Source: Patescibacteria group bacterium
GTDB taxonomy: Bacteria > Patescibacteriota > Minisyncoccia > UBA6257 > HR35
Assembly (NCBI GenBank): GCA_030549845.1
Contig: JAUQQN010000001.1
Span: 270,001 to 302,000 of the forward strand
Reading direction: 5' to 3'
Length of the DNA: 32,000 nucleotides
The notes beneath the pieces were generated by a model. It ran no database searches and was not told where the DNA came from. It saw nothing but the letters and a program-made list of their open reading frames with translations. Position numbers and translations under genes: made by a program. Below, piece by piece: positions 7,580 to 15,955 of this stretch. The first letter of the stretch is position 1. Every line of letters begins with the position of its first letter.

Positions 7580-8674
7580 TTACTTAAGGTTAACTTTACC
7601 AATTTTACAGACTGTTATATAAGAAGGTTTTATTGATGTGGCATTATTTAAATCTCCTTTACCGAAACCAGCAAATAGATCCAACCAAGCATCAGCTCCA
7701 TTTTTTAACCCACCACCTGTATCAGTAACTATCAAAATTTTACTGAAATTAGGATTACAAGAAATTTGAGTCCCATCTTTTTTATTGCACGCTAAAACCT
7801 TTAGGATATCAAAAGCATTAAAAACCATATCATTTCTATTATGAGCTACAGTTATAAGAGGAATTAATGGGCCATAACTTCCATAAATTTTCCCAGTAAA
7901 TGACTTTCCAACACTATCTGCTGTAGTTATAGCTTTGTTTTCATCTAAAACATCTTTGTTCTTAATTGATTCTTTTTGGGATGACATTGCTGCAGGACAA
8001 TTATGAGGAGGATTTCCTGTGACTTTAATCCAAGTCCATTTCCAACCATATCTACATTTATCTAATTCTTCCCCTGATTTTTTAGATTCATTTAAAATTT
8101 GTATCCCATCCAAGGCATTTAATACTTTCTTTGTTCCAGCAGATCCAAATAACCCTGTTCCTTGCAGGGTGACATCAGAAGAAAACTTATGCCAATTATA
8201 TGTATCTTCATAAAAAGGAATATAATAAGTTGTTAATCTAACCAAATAATTTTTAGATTTACATTCTCTTTGTTGTAATTGATTTATTTCTTCTTGCGGA
8301 ATTCCTGTAACAGATATGGTGTAATCTAAATAATTTATAGTAGTAGTGGTAACAGCAACATTTATTGATGGAAGTTGAATGTTAATTATTTTAAACATTA
8401 TTAATCTTGCATTAAATATTTCTGGGTTTATCCAATAAAGCAAAACACCAGAAGAAAAAATAACAATTAAGCCTATAATAGAATTTCTCATCTGTCTTTT
8501 GCCTTCCATTTTTATATCAGGCACAACACTTAATAAGTTCTTAAAAGCTCCTATAAAAAACATAATAAAAGCAATAACAACAGCTAAAGCTACTATTAAG
8601 TTATAAATAGCTTGAATACATCCTTGTATAGTAACACAACTTGAAGCAATAAACTGTTGTATATCTGGTATCAT
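7580..8674 (-). CDS. Fusion protein: VirB2/TrbC-like two-TM pilin-like hairpin plus an MltA/3D-domain-type lytic transglycosylase (functional VirB1/PrgK analogue)
   Basis: The N-terminus has two hydrophobic helices separated by a short basic loop (IYNLIVALAVVIAFIMFFIGAF ... GKRQMRNSIIGLIVIFSSGVLLYWI), as in TrbC/VirB2-type pilins. The C-terminus resembles MltA motifs: LTTYYIPFYED (cf. TGYYEP), VTLQGTG (cf. IQGSG) and VTDTGGGLKNGADAWLDLFAGFG (cf. the 3D-domain DTGGAIKG..DLF.G.G). These matches are from memory and were not computed. Confidence 0.6.
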   Translation of the reverse strand: MIPDIQQFIASSCVTIQGCIQAIYNLIVALAVVIAFIMFFIGAFKNLLSVVPDIKMEGKRQMRNSIIGLIVIFSSGVLLYWINPEIFNARLIMFKIINIQLPSINVAVTTTTINYLDYTISVTGIPQEEINQLQQRECKSKNYLVRLTTYYIPFYEDTYNWHKFSSDVTLQGTGLFGSAGTKKVLNALDGIQILNESKKSGEELDKCRYGWKWTWIKVTGNPPHNCPAAMSSQKESIKNKDVLDENKAITTADSVGKSFTGKIYGSYGPLIPLITVAHNRNDMVFNAFDILKVLACNKKDGTQISCNPNFSKILIVTDTGGGLKNGADAWLDLFAGFGKGDLNNATSIKPSYITVCKIGKVNLK

Positions 8675-9285
8675 TTTTCTATTTTTATTTGGTCTGAGCT
8701 AAATTCAATTGGATTATCTATATTTGTAACAATAACCTTTACTTCGCTTCCATTTTCGAGCCCTTCGGGATCAAATAAAAGGCTGTAATAAAATTTATTA
8801 AAAACATTCCAAGCAATTGATAAGTTATCTGAAGAAAAATTAAATGTCAAAGGAAAAAGTTTTTCATTTTTTTCGATTCTTCCAAAAGGCAAAACTACAT
8901 TAAGTTCTTCTAAGTACCTTACAATAGAAACAGCAGGCAAATTTTTTTGTTTAAAAACAAAACTATATTTCTTGTCAAAACTTAAATCATTTGAATAAAT
9001 TCTTACTTTTCCTGAAAGAAGTTTATTTTTTGATTCGAAGTGCAAAAGTGGTTTATGGGTCTCATACGTTGCTTGGCTTCCTTCAAAAAATAATACCCAT
9101 TCATAATTTAATAAATCAGGCTTATATTTAGAAAAATCTGCTTCAATTCCTATTAAATACTTATCTCCATTTTTCTGAAACGAAAAATAAGCAAAATCTT
9201 TTTGAGAAAAAACAAGGCTATAAGAAAAAAGCGAGAAAATAAAAATTATGAGTAAAATTTTAATAAATTGTGAATTAATTTTCAT
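8671..9285 (-). CDS. Hypothetical secreted/anchored protein (start trimmed to an internal Met)
   Basis: The ORF-track start at 9381 would overlap the upstream gene by 79 nt. The Met at 9285 gives a classic signal peptide or anchor (MKINSQFIKILLIIFIFSLFSYSLVFSQ). The mature part looks beta-rich. It has a 4-nt overlap with the downstream gene. Confidence 0.65.
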   Translation of the reverse strand: MKINSQFIKILLIIFIFSLFSYSLVFSQKDFAYFSFQKNGDKYLIGIEADFSKYKPDLLNYEWVLFFEGSQATYETHKPLLHFESKNKLLSGKVRIYSNDLSFDKKYSFVFKQKNLPAVSIVRYLEELNVVLPFGRIEKNEKLFPLTFNFSSDNLSIAWNVFNKFYYSLLFDPEGLENGSEVKVIVTNIDNPIEFSSDQIKIEK

Positions 9286-9302
9286 AAAATTATTATAAAA
9301 TA

Positions 9303-9842
9303 TCAAATGGTTTCTCCAATTACTTCTTCTTGTTGCTTTTTTACTTCTTTCTTTAATGACCTTAATCTTTTCACTCTCCAAAGCCTTCCTCTAGAAACTA
9401 GCATTGTTAATGTTTTTATTGGAGCAATTTCTATTAAGCTTCCTATTATTGGAATAAAACCAAAGAATTCTATCGCAACTAAGAAAACATAAACACCTCC
9501 TTCAATTTGAGAAAGGTATCCATTTTTAGTATAATAAAATATCAAATATAAAAACAGTAAGGCTCCAGGTATCTCAAAAATCAAAGGAATGATTCCTAAA
9601 ATACTTAAAGCTCCTGCACTTGCTAACCCTATTATACTAAATATAAATTCAAAAATATCTGCTGTTATTAATAAAATAAAGCTTAGATACCAAATCCAGC
9701 TTATATAATGAGGTTCTTCCTCTTCTTCAGTTGTCTCTTCAAATTTTTTTAATCTTCCTGATTTTTGTAAATAATCTTCTTTTTTCTCTTCGGTGTAATC
9801 TAATTTTTTAATTTCAGAATTTGTTTCAAACACTGCCTTCAT
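9303..9842 (-). CDS. Hypothetical polytopic membrane protein (about 4 TM) with an acidic N-terminal tail
   Basis: The acidic N-terminus (TTEEEEEPH) is followed by four hydrophobic segments and a basic C-terminal tail. It has an ATGA overlap with the stop of the virB4-like gene. Confidence 0.65.
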   Translation of the reverse strand: MKAVFETNSEIKKLDYTEEKKEDYLQKSGRLKKFEETTEEEEEPHYISWIWYLSFILLITADIFEFIFSIIGLASAGALSILGIIPLIFEIPGALLFLYLIFYYTKNGYLSQIEGGVYVFLVAIEFFGFIPIIGSLIEIAPIKTLTMLVSRGRLWRVKRLRSLKKEVKKQQEEVIGETI

Positions 9843-11635
9843 TGATTTTTCAAAGCTTCTTTTATTGCCATTAATTGCTCTAGGGAAGCTTTAATTATTT
9901 GATCTTCAGCATAAGATGCTAAAACATACAAAGGAATTCTTTTAAGACCAGCAATTAAAATTCCTCTTCCTCTTTCAGCTTGTATTAAAAATCTTTTTTC
10001 GCCTTCAGATAAGGCAAATACTTGGCCTACTGTATCAATTGTTGTTGGTGATTGTTTCATTAAAAATGTAAGTGCAGAGTTTGTAATTATAGGCTTACCA
10101 TAAGGAGAGCTCAAAAAATCATCTATATCTTGAGTTATTGTGGTTATTCCTAAAAGATATTTCCTACCTCTTTTTATTGCATTAAGCAAAAAATTAGCAC
10201 CTGATTCATTTTTCATTATCCACCATGCTTCATCTATTATTAAAATTCTTTTCTTTCTTTCTCTTCTTATTTTATTCATTAAATCATTCAAAACAATATA
10301 CATACCAATAGGTCTTAACTCTTCTACTAAATCTTTAAACCCAAAAACAACTATTCTCTTTTTAAGATCAACATTTGTTGGTTGATTAATAAAACCACTA
10401 AAACTACCCTGAGTAAATGGATATAATTTTTCAGCTATAGACTTACCTCCTTCTATACTTAAAAGAACTTTTTCTAAGTCATTTAATGTAGGGAAAACTT
10501 CTATTTTTCCAAAATCTGTATCAGGTAAAATATTAAAGGAAGCATACGTTTGGCTTATTGCTCTATCTAATATAGTAAGTTCTTCTGCGTTAAATTTCTC
10601 ACCTGCTATAACTTCTAAAAGTCCAATTATATCACTAACTTTTTCTTTGTATACATCTTCAGGATTTTCTCCCTCAAGTAAAGGAGGTAAATCAAGAGGG
10701 TTAATTTTGTGCTCTGATCTTAAAGAAATTGGTATAAAAGATCCTCCATAAACTTCAGCTATTGATTGATATTCATTTTCTGGGTCTAACACAATGACAT
10801 CTTGCCCCATCATTAGATTTCTCATAATTTCAATTTTTGCAGTATAACTTTTACCTGATCCTGATCTTGCTAAAATTACCATATGAGCATTCTCAAAAGC
10901 AAATCTATCGAGAAGAACCAGGGAGTTGTCTTGCAAATTAATACCCATCAAAATTCCTTTTTCCATAGACAATTCTGATGAGATAAATGGGAAAAATGAA
11001 CTTGCGGCAGATGAGTTCATTACATATTCTATTTGAAGTCTATTAGAATTAAGAGGTAGTGTTGAAAAGAAAGCATCTTCTTGTTCAAATATAATTGGTT
11101 TTGCAACAATTAAATTACTTTCTAAAATTTTTATAATTCTTTTTTCTTTTAATAATAATTCATCTTTATCTTCAGAAAATATAGTAAGATATAAAGCAAC
11201 ATTAAATATCTTTTCTCTTCCTTGTACTATAGCATCCCTTAATTCCTCTATATCATTGTAGGCTGTTTCAAGTTGTGGGTCTCTAGGCAAGCCTTTTTCT
11301 TCAATTTCTATTAATTGACTTTCTACTCTTAAAAGCTGTTTTTGTAATTGCTTAAGAATAACTCCAGGATCTCTAGGAACAAAATAAATCGAAAGATTAA
11401 AAGGCTCTTCTAATGCTAAAAGATTTTCTAACCAACCAGCAAACAAAAATCTTGGATAAGTAATTATAGCTATAACCTTTCCATAAACTTCTCCTATTTG
11501 AAAATCAGATACCCCAAATAAAGCTCCTGGAGGGGCTATTATATTTTTTATTTTCTCAAAACCTTTTGCCTCCTCGATTTTAACGATAGGAATCCCTTTA
11601 TTTGTTTGTTGGAAAAATGGTAATTTGAATGCCAT
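9839..11635 (-). CDS. virB4: VirB4/TrbE/TraC-family type IV secretion ATPase, C-terminal 598-aa portion including the motor domain
   Basis: Contains Walker A (ILARSGSGKSYTAK), Walker B (RILIIDEAWWIM) and a downstream TQ..D motif (GITTITQDIDDF). The N-terminal stretch (ITYPRFLFAGWLENLL ... LSIYFVPRD ... FEQEDAFFSTLPLN) is typical of monoderm VirB4 homologues. Confidence 0.88.
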   Translation of the reverse strand: MAFKLPFFQQTNKGIPIVKIEEAKGFEKIKNIIAPPGALFGVSDFQIGEVYGKVIAIITYPRFLFAGWLENLLALEEPFNLSIYFVPRDPGVILKQLQKQLLRVESQLIEIEEKGLPRDPQLETAYNDIEELRDAIVQGREKIFNVALYLTIFSEDKDELLLKEKRIIKILESNLIVAKPIIFEQEDAFFSTLPLNSNRLQIEYVMNSSAASSFFPFISSELSMEKGILMGINLQDNSLVLLDRFAFENAHMVILARSGSGKSYTAKIEIMRNLMMGQDVIVLDPENEYQSIAEVYGGSFIPISLRSEHKINPLDLPPLLEGENPEDVYKEKVSDIIGLLEVIAGEKFNAEELTILDRAISQTYASFNILPDTDFGKIEVFPTLNDLEKVLLSIEGGKSIAEKLYPFTQGSFSGFINQPTNVDLKKRIVVFGFKDLVEELRPIGMYIVLNDLMNKIRRERKKRILIIDEAWWIMKNESGANFLLNAIKRGRKYLLGITTITQDIDDFLSSPYGKPIITNSALTFLMKQSPTTIDTVGQVFALSEGEKRFLIQAERGRGILIAGLKRIPLYVLASYAEDQIIKASLEQLMAIKEALKNQ

Positions 11636-12264
11636 TATTCCTCTAATGACTCTATTAATTCTTCAAACAATTTTATTGGAGCAAGCCCCCATCTTAAGCT
11701 AGGATTGTACATCTCATACAAAAGCTGCAAAAGTTCATAATTATTTAATCTTATTGGTTGAAGTCCAATAGCAGAAAGTTTTTCTGTTATATAAATAACC
11801 CTAGTCTCTAATTGCTCTAATTTTGTATAAAATTCCTCTTCTTTAATTTTTGTTTTTTTACCAAATTTTTTTATTTCAATTACTTCTCCCTCATATGGTA
11901 CAACAATATAAAATATTTTTTTCATTATTTTGTGGGTTTCTACATAGCTTTGTATAAATTTAATGTATTCTTCTAGTTGTAATTTAATCAATGGTTCATC
12001 TTCTACTTCAAGTCTTTCTTTTAAGTAATTTAAATAACCCTCTATATACGCATACCTTGAAACAACTAATATTTGTAAATTAAAATCTAGCCCATCTAGA
12101 AATTCTTTAAAAGCACCAACTACTGCTTCCTTTTCTTGTTCTGAAAGTAATGTAAAATTAATTCCCGGAACAGCTAAAATAGCTCTTAAACTTCCATCTT
12201 CTAATATAAGAGTGTCATTTTTTATATCTTTTACTTGTATTAAAGATGCAGTTGTTTTTACCAT
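11635..12264 (-). CDS. VirB4 N-terminal domain-like protein (209 aa), apparently a split-off N-terminus of the VirB4 ATPase
   Basis: The sequence (IQVKDIKNDTLILEDGSLRAILAVPGINFTLLSEQEKEAVVGAFKEFLDGLDFNLQILVVSR) resembles the extreme N-terminus of ~800-aa Firmicutes-type VirB4 proteins. Its stop overlaps the next ATG as TAATG. The two parts sum to 209 + 598 = 807 aa. Confidence 0.6.
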   Translation of the reverse strand: MVKTTASLIQVKDIKNDTLILEDGSLRAILAVPGINFTLLSEQEKEAVVGAFKEFLDGLDFNLQILVVSRYAYIEGYLNYLKERLEVEDEPLIKLQLEEYIKFIQSYVETHKIMKKIFYIVVPYEGEVIEIKKFGKKTKIKEEEFYTKLEQLETRVIYITEKLSAIGLQPIRLNNYELLQLLYEMYNPSLRWGLAPIKLFEELIESLEE

Positions 12265-12785
12265 CTTCTTTTAGGAAATTTTGGAATAGGGAAATTAATA
12301 TAAGGATTAAAAGGATTATAACCTCTTTCTATAGCTTTTTTTACATATACAGCTAAAGATTTATTTACTTCTTTTTCTTCTTTTGGTTTTTCATAACTTA
12401 CAAGAGGGAGCTCTTTTTGTGTTTCAGTTTCTGTTATTTCTTCTAATTCAATATATTTTTCTAAGAGAGGAGATTTTATATATTGAGTAGTAATTTTAAC
12501 TTCTTCTTTCCATATATATTTTTTAGGAGATAATAGAATCATGATAAGTTTTGGAAGAAAGGCATAAATATATTTATTATTTATTTTCAACCAACCTATA
12601 ATAAAAGCTGCTAAAACAATAATTCCAGAAAGAAATACTGCAATAAAGCCACCAAATAATTTAAATGTAGCAAAGGATAACAAAAATGCCCCAAAACTTA
12701 TAAAAAGCTGAGGAAATGTAAAAGAAATCATTCCTAAACGTAATTTATCTTCTATTGTTATATATTGTGGTACACTAAATCTCAT
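12258..12785 (-). CDS. PrgI-family / VirB3-like small membrane protein
   Basis: The N-terminus (MRFSVPQYITIEDKLRLGMISFTFPQLF) is followed by two TM helices, the pattern of PrgI-family proteins. It sits directly upstream of virB4, as prgI-prgJ and virB3-virB4 do. Confidence 0.6.
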   Translation of the reverse strand: MRFSVPQYITIEDKLRLGMISFTFPQLFISFGAFLLSFATFKLFGGFIAVFLSGIIVLAAFIIGWLKINNKYIYAFLPKLIMILLSPKKYIWKEEVKITTQYIKSPLLEKYIELEEITETETQKELPLVSYEKPKEEKEVNKSLAVYVKKAIERGYNPFNPYINFPIPKFPKRRW

Positions 12786-12793
12786 TAAAATAA

Positions 12794-13432
12794 TTATAAA
12801 TTAGAAAGATCTAAAACTTCTCCCTCTTTTTTTTCTTCTTTTGGTTTTTTGATTACCACAATTTTAGAAGATATATCCTCAGTTGGCTTAGGAGGCTCCC
12901 AAGAAATCGTTTGTTTTATATCAATTGTAGATTTAGGAACTTCTGTCTTTATTTGTTGGAGTTTAGATAAATCTATGGGAGTAGTTGGCTTAGGAACCTC
13001 GATTGCTTCTTTTGTTTTTACTACTTTTTGTAAATTTAGAATTTTTTGTGGTGGAACTTCTTTGGCTTTCTGTATTAGATCAATCACTTCTTTTGGCACT
13101 TCTTTTTTGATTTTTTGAGTCTTTTCTTTCTCTTCTTTCCATAATGGTTCTACAAGTGGCAGGAATCTTGCTTTTATATGATATTCTAATTGTTTAGCTT
13201 TTTCTGTATCATAATTTAATCTATTTCTAATAATTTCCGTTAAGCTTTCTTTTTCTAAATCAAATCTTTTTATTGCTAAATCTTGCAATAAATAAATAAA
13301 TTCAACCTCATATTCATCACTAATTTCAAATTTCTTTTTATATTCTTCAAAAAAAGAATAAAAATCATCAGAATATAAAAATTCTTTTACTCTATCTGGT
13401 GCTTCTGTATATGCATCTATAAATGATTTCAT
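12794..13432 (-). CDS. Hypothetical soluble protein with degenerate EVPK-type repeats in its C-terminal half
   Basis: No TM segment or signal peptide. The N-terminal domain is acidic and helical. The C-terminal half carries about five degenerate repeats (KEVPKEVIDLIQ / KEVPPQKILNLQ / EVPKPTTPIDLSKLQ / EVPKSTIDIKQ / EPPKPTEDISS). It lies within the operon. Confidence 0.7.
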   Translation of the reverse strand: MKSFIDAYTEAPDRVKEFLYSDDFYSFFEEYKKKFEISDEYEVEFIYLLQDLAIKRFDLEKESLTEIIRNRLNYDTEKAKQLEYHIKARFLPLVEPLWKEEKEKTQKIKKEVPKEVIDLIQKAKEVPPQKILNLQKVVKTKEAIEVPKPTTPIDLSKLQQIKTEVPKSTIDIKQTISWEPPKPTEDISSKIVVIKKPKEEKKEGEVLDLSNL

Positions 13433-13456
13433 TTTTAAATATTATAAAAATAAATT

Positions 13457-15955
13457 TTATGTAGAACTTGCACCACCACCCCCTCCAGTAGATTGGGCTG
13501 ATTCAGATTTTTCTTTTTCTCTCGCCTCTTCTAGTGCCCGAATTCTTTCCTCAATTTCTTCTCTTTCTCTTCTAGCTTCTGCCCTATAAGGTCTTTCAAA
13601 AATCCCAGCAATCTTTTCAAGCAGAGGAGTTAATTCTTCGGGATTTGAAAGTTGGACACCTTGTTTTTGTATTAATTGTTGTAATTGTACGATTTCTTGT
13701 TGTAGGTCATGTATTTCTTCAAGTCTTTGCTGTAATTCGGTTTTTCTTTGGTTCAAGTTAATTTTTTCATCTTCACTTGCTCCTTGTATTTCCCCATCTA
13801 TGGCTTGTATTTCTTGGTTTAATGAATTAATTTCTCTACCTAGTTCTACTTCAATACCTTTTAATATCTGCTGTAGGTCTATTTTCCCAATAAGTTTTTG
13901 AGGATCTTTTGCCCAATCTTTTACTGTCTTATGTGATATTTCTCCTTGAGAATAAGAACCCATTAGTTGTCTTCTAATCTCTTCTTCTAATTTTGGTTGA
14001 AGCGTATCTGGTATTTTTTGGCCTCCAATCACTAACCTCTGAGCTATTTGTGGTCCTAGCTCTCTTATACTTCTTGCAGCTGGAGAAGCTCTAATAATTC
14101 CTTGAAGTCGTTGTGGACCTATATTTCTTTCGACATCTTGATAAATACCTAAATCATGTAAATACTTTAAATTCTTTGGATTCCAGAATATATCATTTAA
14201 ATCTCTACCAGAAGTAAACATAAAATAATTGGATAATAATGTTTTAACTTCAGCCTCATCTGCTCCAGCTTTTCTAAGTAAAGTTCCTATTGTTTCTAAT
14301 CCAACCTCGCGATGACTAATAATTTCTGGAAGGGTTGATAATACCTCAGCTCGTTTTTCTCTTCCTTCAGTAATTTTTGTTAAAATACATCTTAATTTCT
14401 TACCACATAATGCTTTACGAGTACTTAAATCTAATTTATCCCAATCCAAAATACTAGCAATTTTAAATAGTTCATCTGCACTTAGTTTTGAATTCATTAC
14501 TTTAGCTAATTCTTCTTTGAATGGTCCTCTATATCTTTCAAATATTCCAGCAATCTCTTCAGGGCTTTTACCTTCCATGTGGTCACTGAAAATAGCTTCA
14601 GCTTCTTTTTTAACTTTTTCCTTTGTTGGTTTTTCTAATTTTTCACCTACTCCTTTGGTCCATAACCCTAAACTTCTAATGAATCCAACCCTACTTTTTT
14701 CTAAAGCTTTTCCTATAGTAGAAATTCCTCCTCCTATTTTTGATATAGCTGGTCTTACTGTCCACATTCCTACTCCTGCTGCAGCAGCACCAGCCAATCT
14801 CCAACCTTTCAATGCCAATCCATAAGTATAATTTGCAAAAACACCTCCTAAACTTAAAGAAACTTTCATTACAATATAGAAATAAAGAACAAGGAAAACA
14901 AATTTAGTAGAGACAGCAAAGAAAATACTTAAAGTAGTTTTTTCACTTTCTTCTAGTCCTGCTATAGGTTCTGCTTCTAATGAAGGTTTCATTAAATTTT
15001 GTAATTTCTCTTCATTAAATGCACCAGTTATGCCTTCTGTTTTTGTTGTTGCAACTAAAGCTACTCCTATTAAAATTAAGACAATTAAAATCAAAACATT
15101 GACTGTCCAATTTAGAAACCATTGCCACCAAGTATTCCAATATTTTTCATATCCAGGTGTTGCATATGCTATAGCAGCTAAAGGAAGTAAGCCTGCTAAA
15201 AATCCAATAATAAAGTATCTTCCAATAAATATTCCCACAAAAGACCACAAAGTAAGAGAAAATATAAGAGAAAGAACTATACCTACTAAATTAGCTACTA
15301 TATTTAATGCTCTTCTTAAAGCTGCTGCTTGATCTGGAGTTAGATCAGTTTGATATTTAGTAGCATTTTCAATCATTCCTTTTAATTGTTCTGTTATAAA
15401 ACCTGGAGGTACAGCATTAAATATTGCATAAATCAATGTACCTAATTTTGAAGAGTTATAATTTTCAGTCATTAAATTTGCAGAAAGCAAAATACTTCTT
15501 TGTATAAAATTGATTGTTCCAAAAAATACTTTTGCTAAAAGAAACGAAAAGTTTATTAAAAATGCTATAAGTATTACACCGAATAAAATCCTTCTCGCCT
15601 GGTCTTCTTTATTTAAGATCCAATTAATTCCTGAATATAATGCTAAAAATACTAAAATTACATAAGATAGATTTTTGAAGAATTCCCATAAAAATGATGC
15701 AAGCCCTCCTTCTTCAAATGGATTTAAAACGCTGAATATGTCTATAATAATTCTTGCTAGTCTTGCGAAGATATTAAAAAGAAAAATCACTCCGGTTAAA
15801 ACAATATAAGATACATAATCTATTATTCCAAAAACAAGCGCAGGAATTTTAGCCCAGAAATAATATCCTAATAAGCCTAATCCCAAAGCTCCAAGTAAAC
15901 TTAGCCCTATAACTACCCAAACCACTGCTTTATTTTTTAATTTTTGATTTTTCAT
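13457..15955 (-). CDS. VirB6/TrbL/PrgH-like polytopic membrane protein with a ~430-aa hydrophilic coiled-coil C-terminal extension
   Basis: The first ~400 aa contain roughly 8 hydrophobic helices with Trp-rich loops (YWNTWWQWFLNW). The remainder is charged and helical with heptad-like Gln/Glu/Leu stretches, and it ends in STGGGGGASST. Its position upstream of the PrgI-like and VirB4 genes mirrors prgH-prgI-prgJ. Confidence 0.6.
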   Translation of the reverse strand: MKNQKLKNKAVVWVVIGLSLLGALGLGLLGYYFWAKIPALVFGIIDYVSYIVLTGVIFLFNIFARLARIIIDIFSVLNPFEEGGLASFLWEFFKNLSYVILVFLALYSGINWILNKEDQARRILFGVILIAFLINFSFLLAKVFFGTINFIQRSILLSANLMTENYNSSKLGTLIYAIFNAVPPGFITEQLKGMIENATKYQTDLTPDQAAALRRALNIVANLVGIVLSLIFSLTLWSFVGIFIGRYFIIGFLAGLLPLAAIAYATPGYEKYWNTWWQWFLNWTVNVLILIVLILIGVALVATTKTEGITGAFNEEKLQNLMKPSLEAEPIAGLEESEKTTLSIFFAVSTKFVFLVLYFYIVMKVSLSLGGVFANYTYGLALKGWRLAGAAAAGVGMWTVRPAISKIGGGISTIGKALEKSRVGFIRSLGLWTKGVGEKLEKPTKEKVKKEAEAIFSDHMEGKSPEEIAGIFERYRGPFKEELAKVMNSKLSADELFKIASILDWDKLDLSTRKALCGKKLRCILTKITEGREKRAEVLSTLPEIISHREVGLETIGTLLRKAGADEAEVKTLLSNYFMFTSGRDLNDIFWNPKNLKYLHDLGIYQDVERNIGPQRLQGIIRASPAARSIRELGPQIAQRLVIGGQKIPDTLQPKLEEEIRRQLMGSYSQGEISHKTVKDWAKDPQKLIGKIDLQQILKGIEVELGREINSLNQEIQAIDGEIQGASEDEKINLNQRKTELQQRLEEIHDLQQEIVQLQQLIQKQGVQLSNPEELTPLLEKIAGIFERPYRAEARREREEIEERIRALEEAREKEKSESAQSTGGGGGASST

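Noticed and set aside
8671-9381. Full 236-aa version of the ORF (start at 9381)
   Set aside because: It would overlap the upstream 179-aa gene by 79 nt and add a basic non-signal N-terminus. The internal Met at 9285 gives a canonical signal peptide and removes the overlap, so the shorter model is preferred.
12849-15332. Plus-strand ORFs 12849-13118, 14517-14825 and 15030-15332
   Set aside because: All are antisense shadow ORFs inside long, tightly coupled minus-strand operon genes (the EVPK protein and the VirB6-like protein). None has independent signals.
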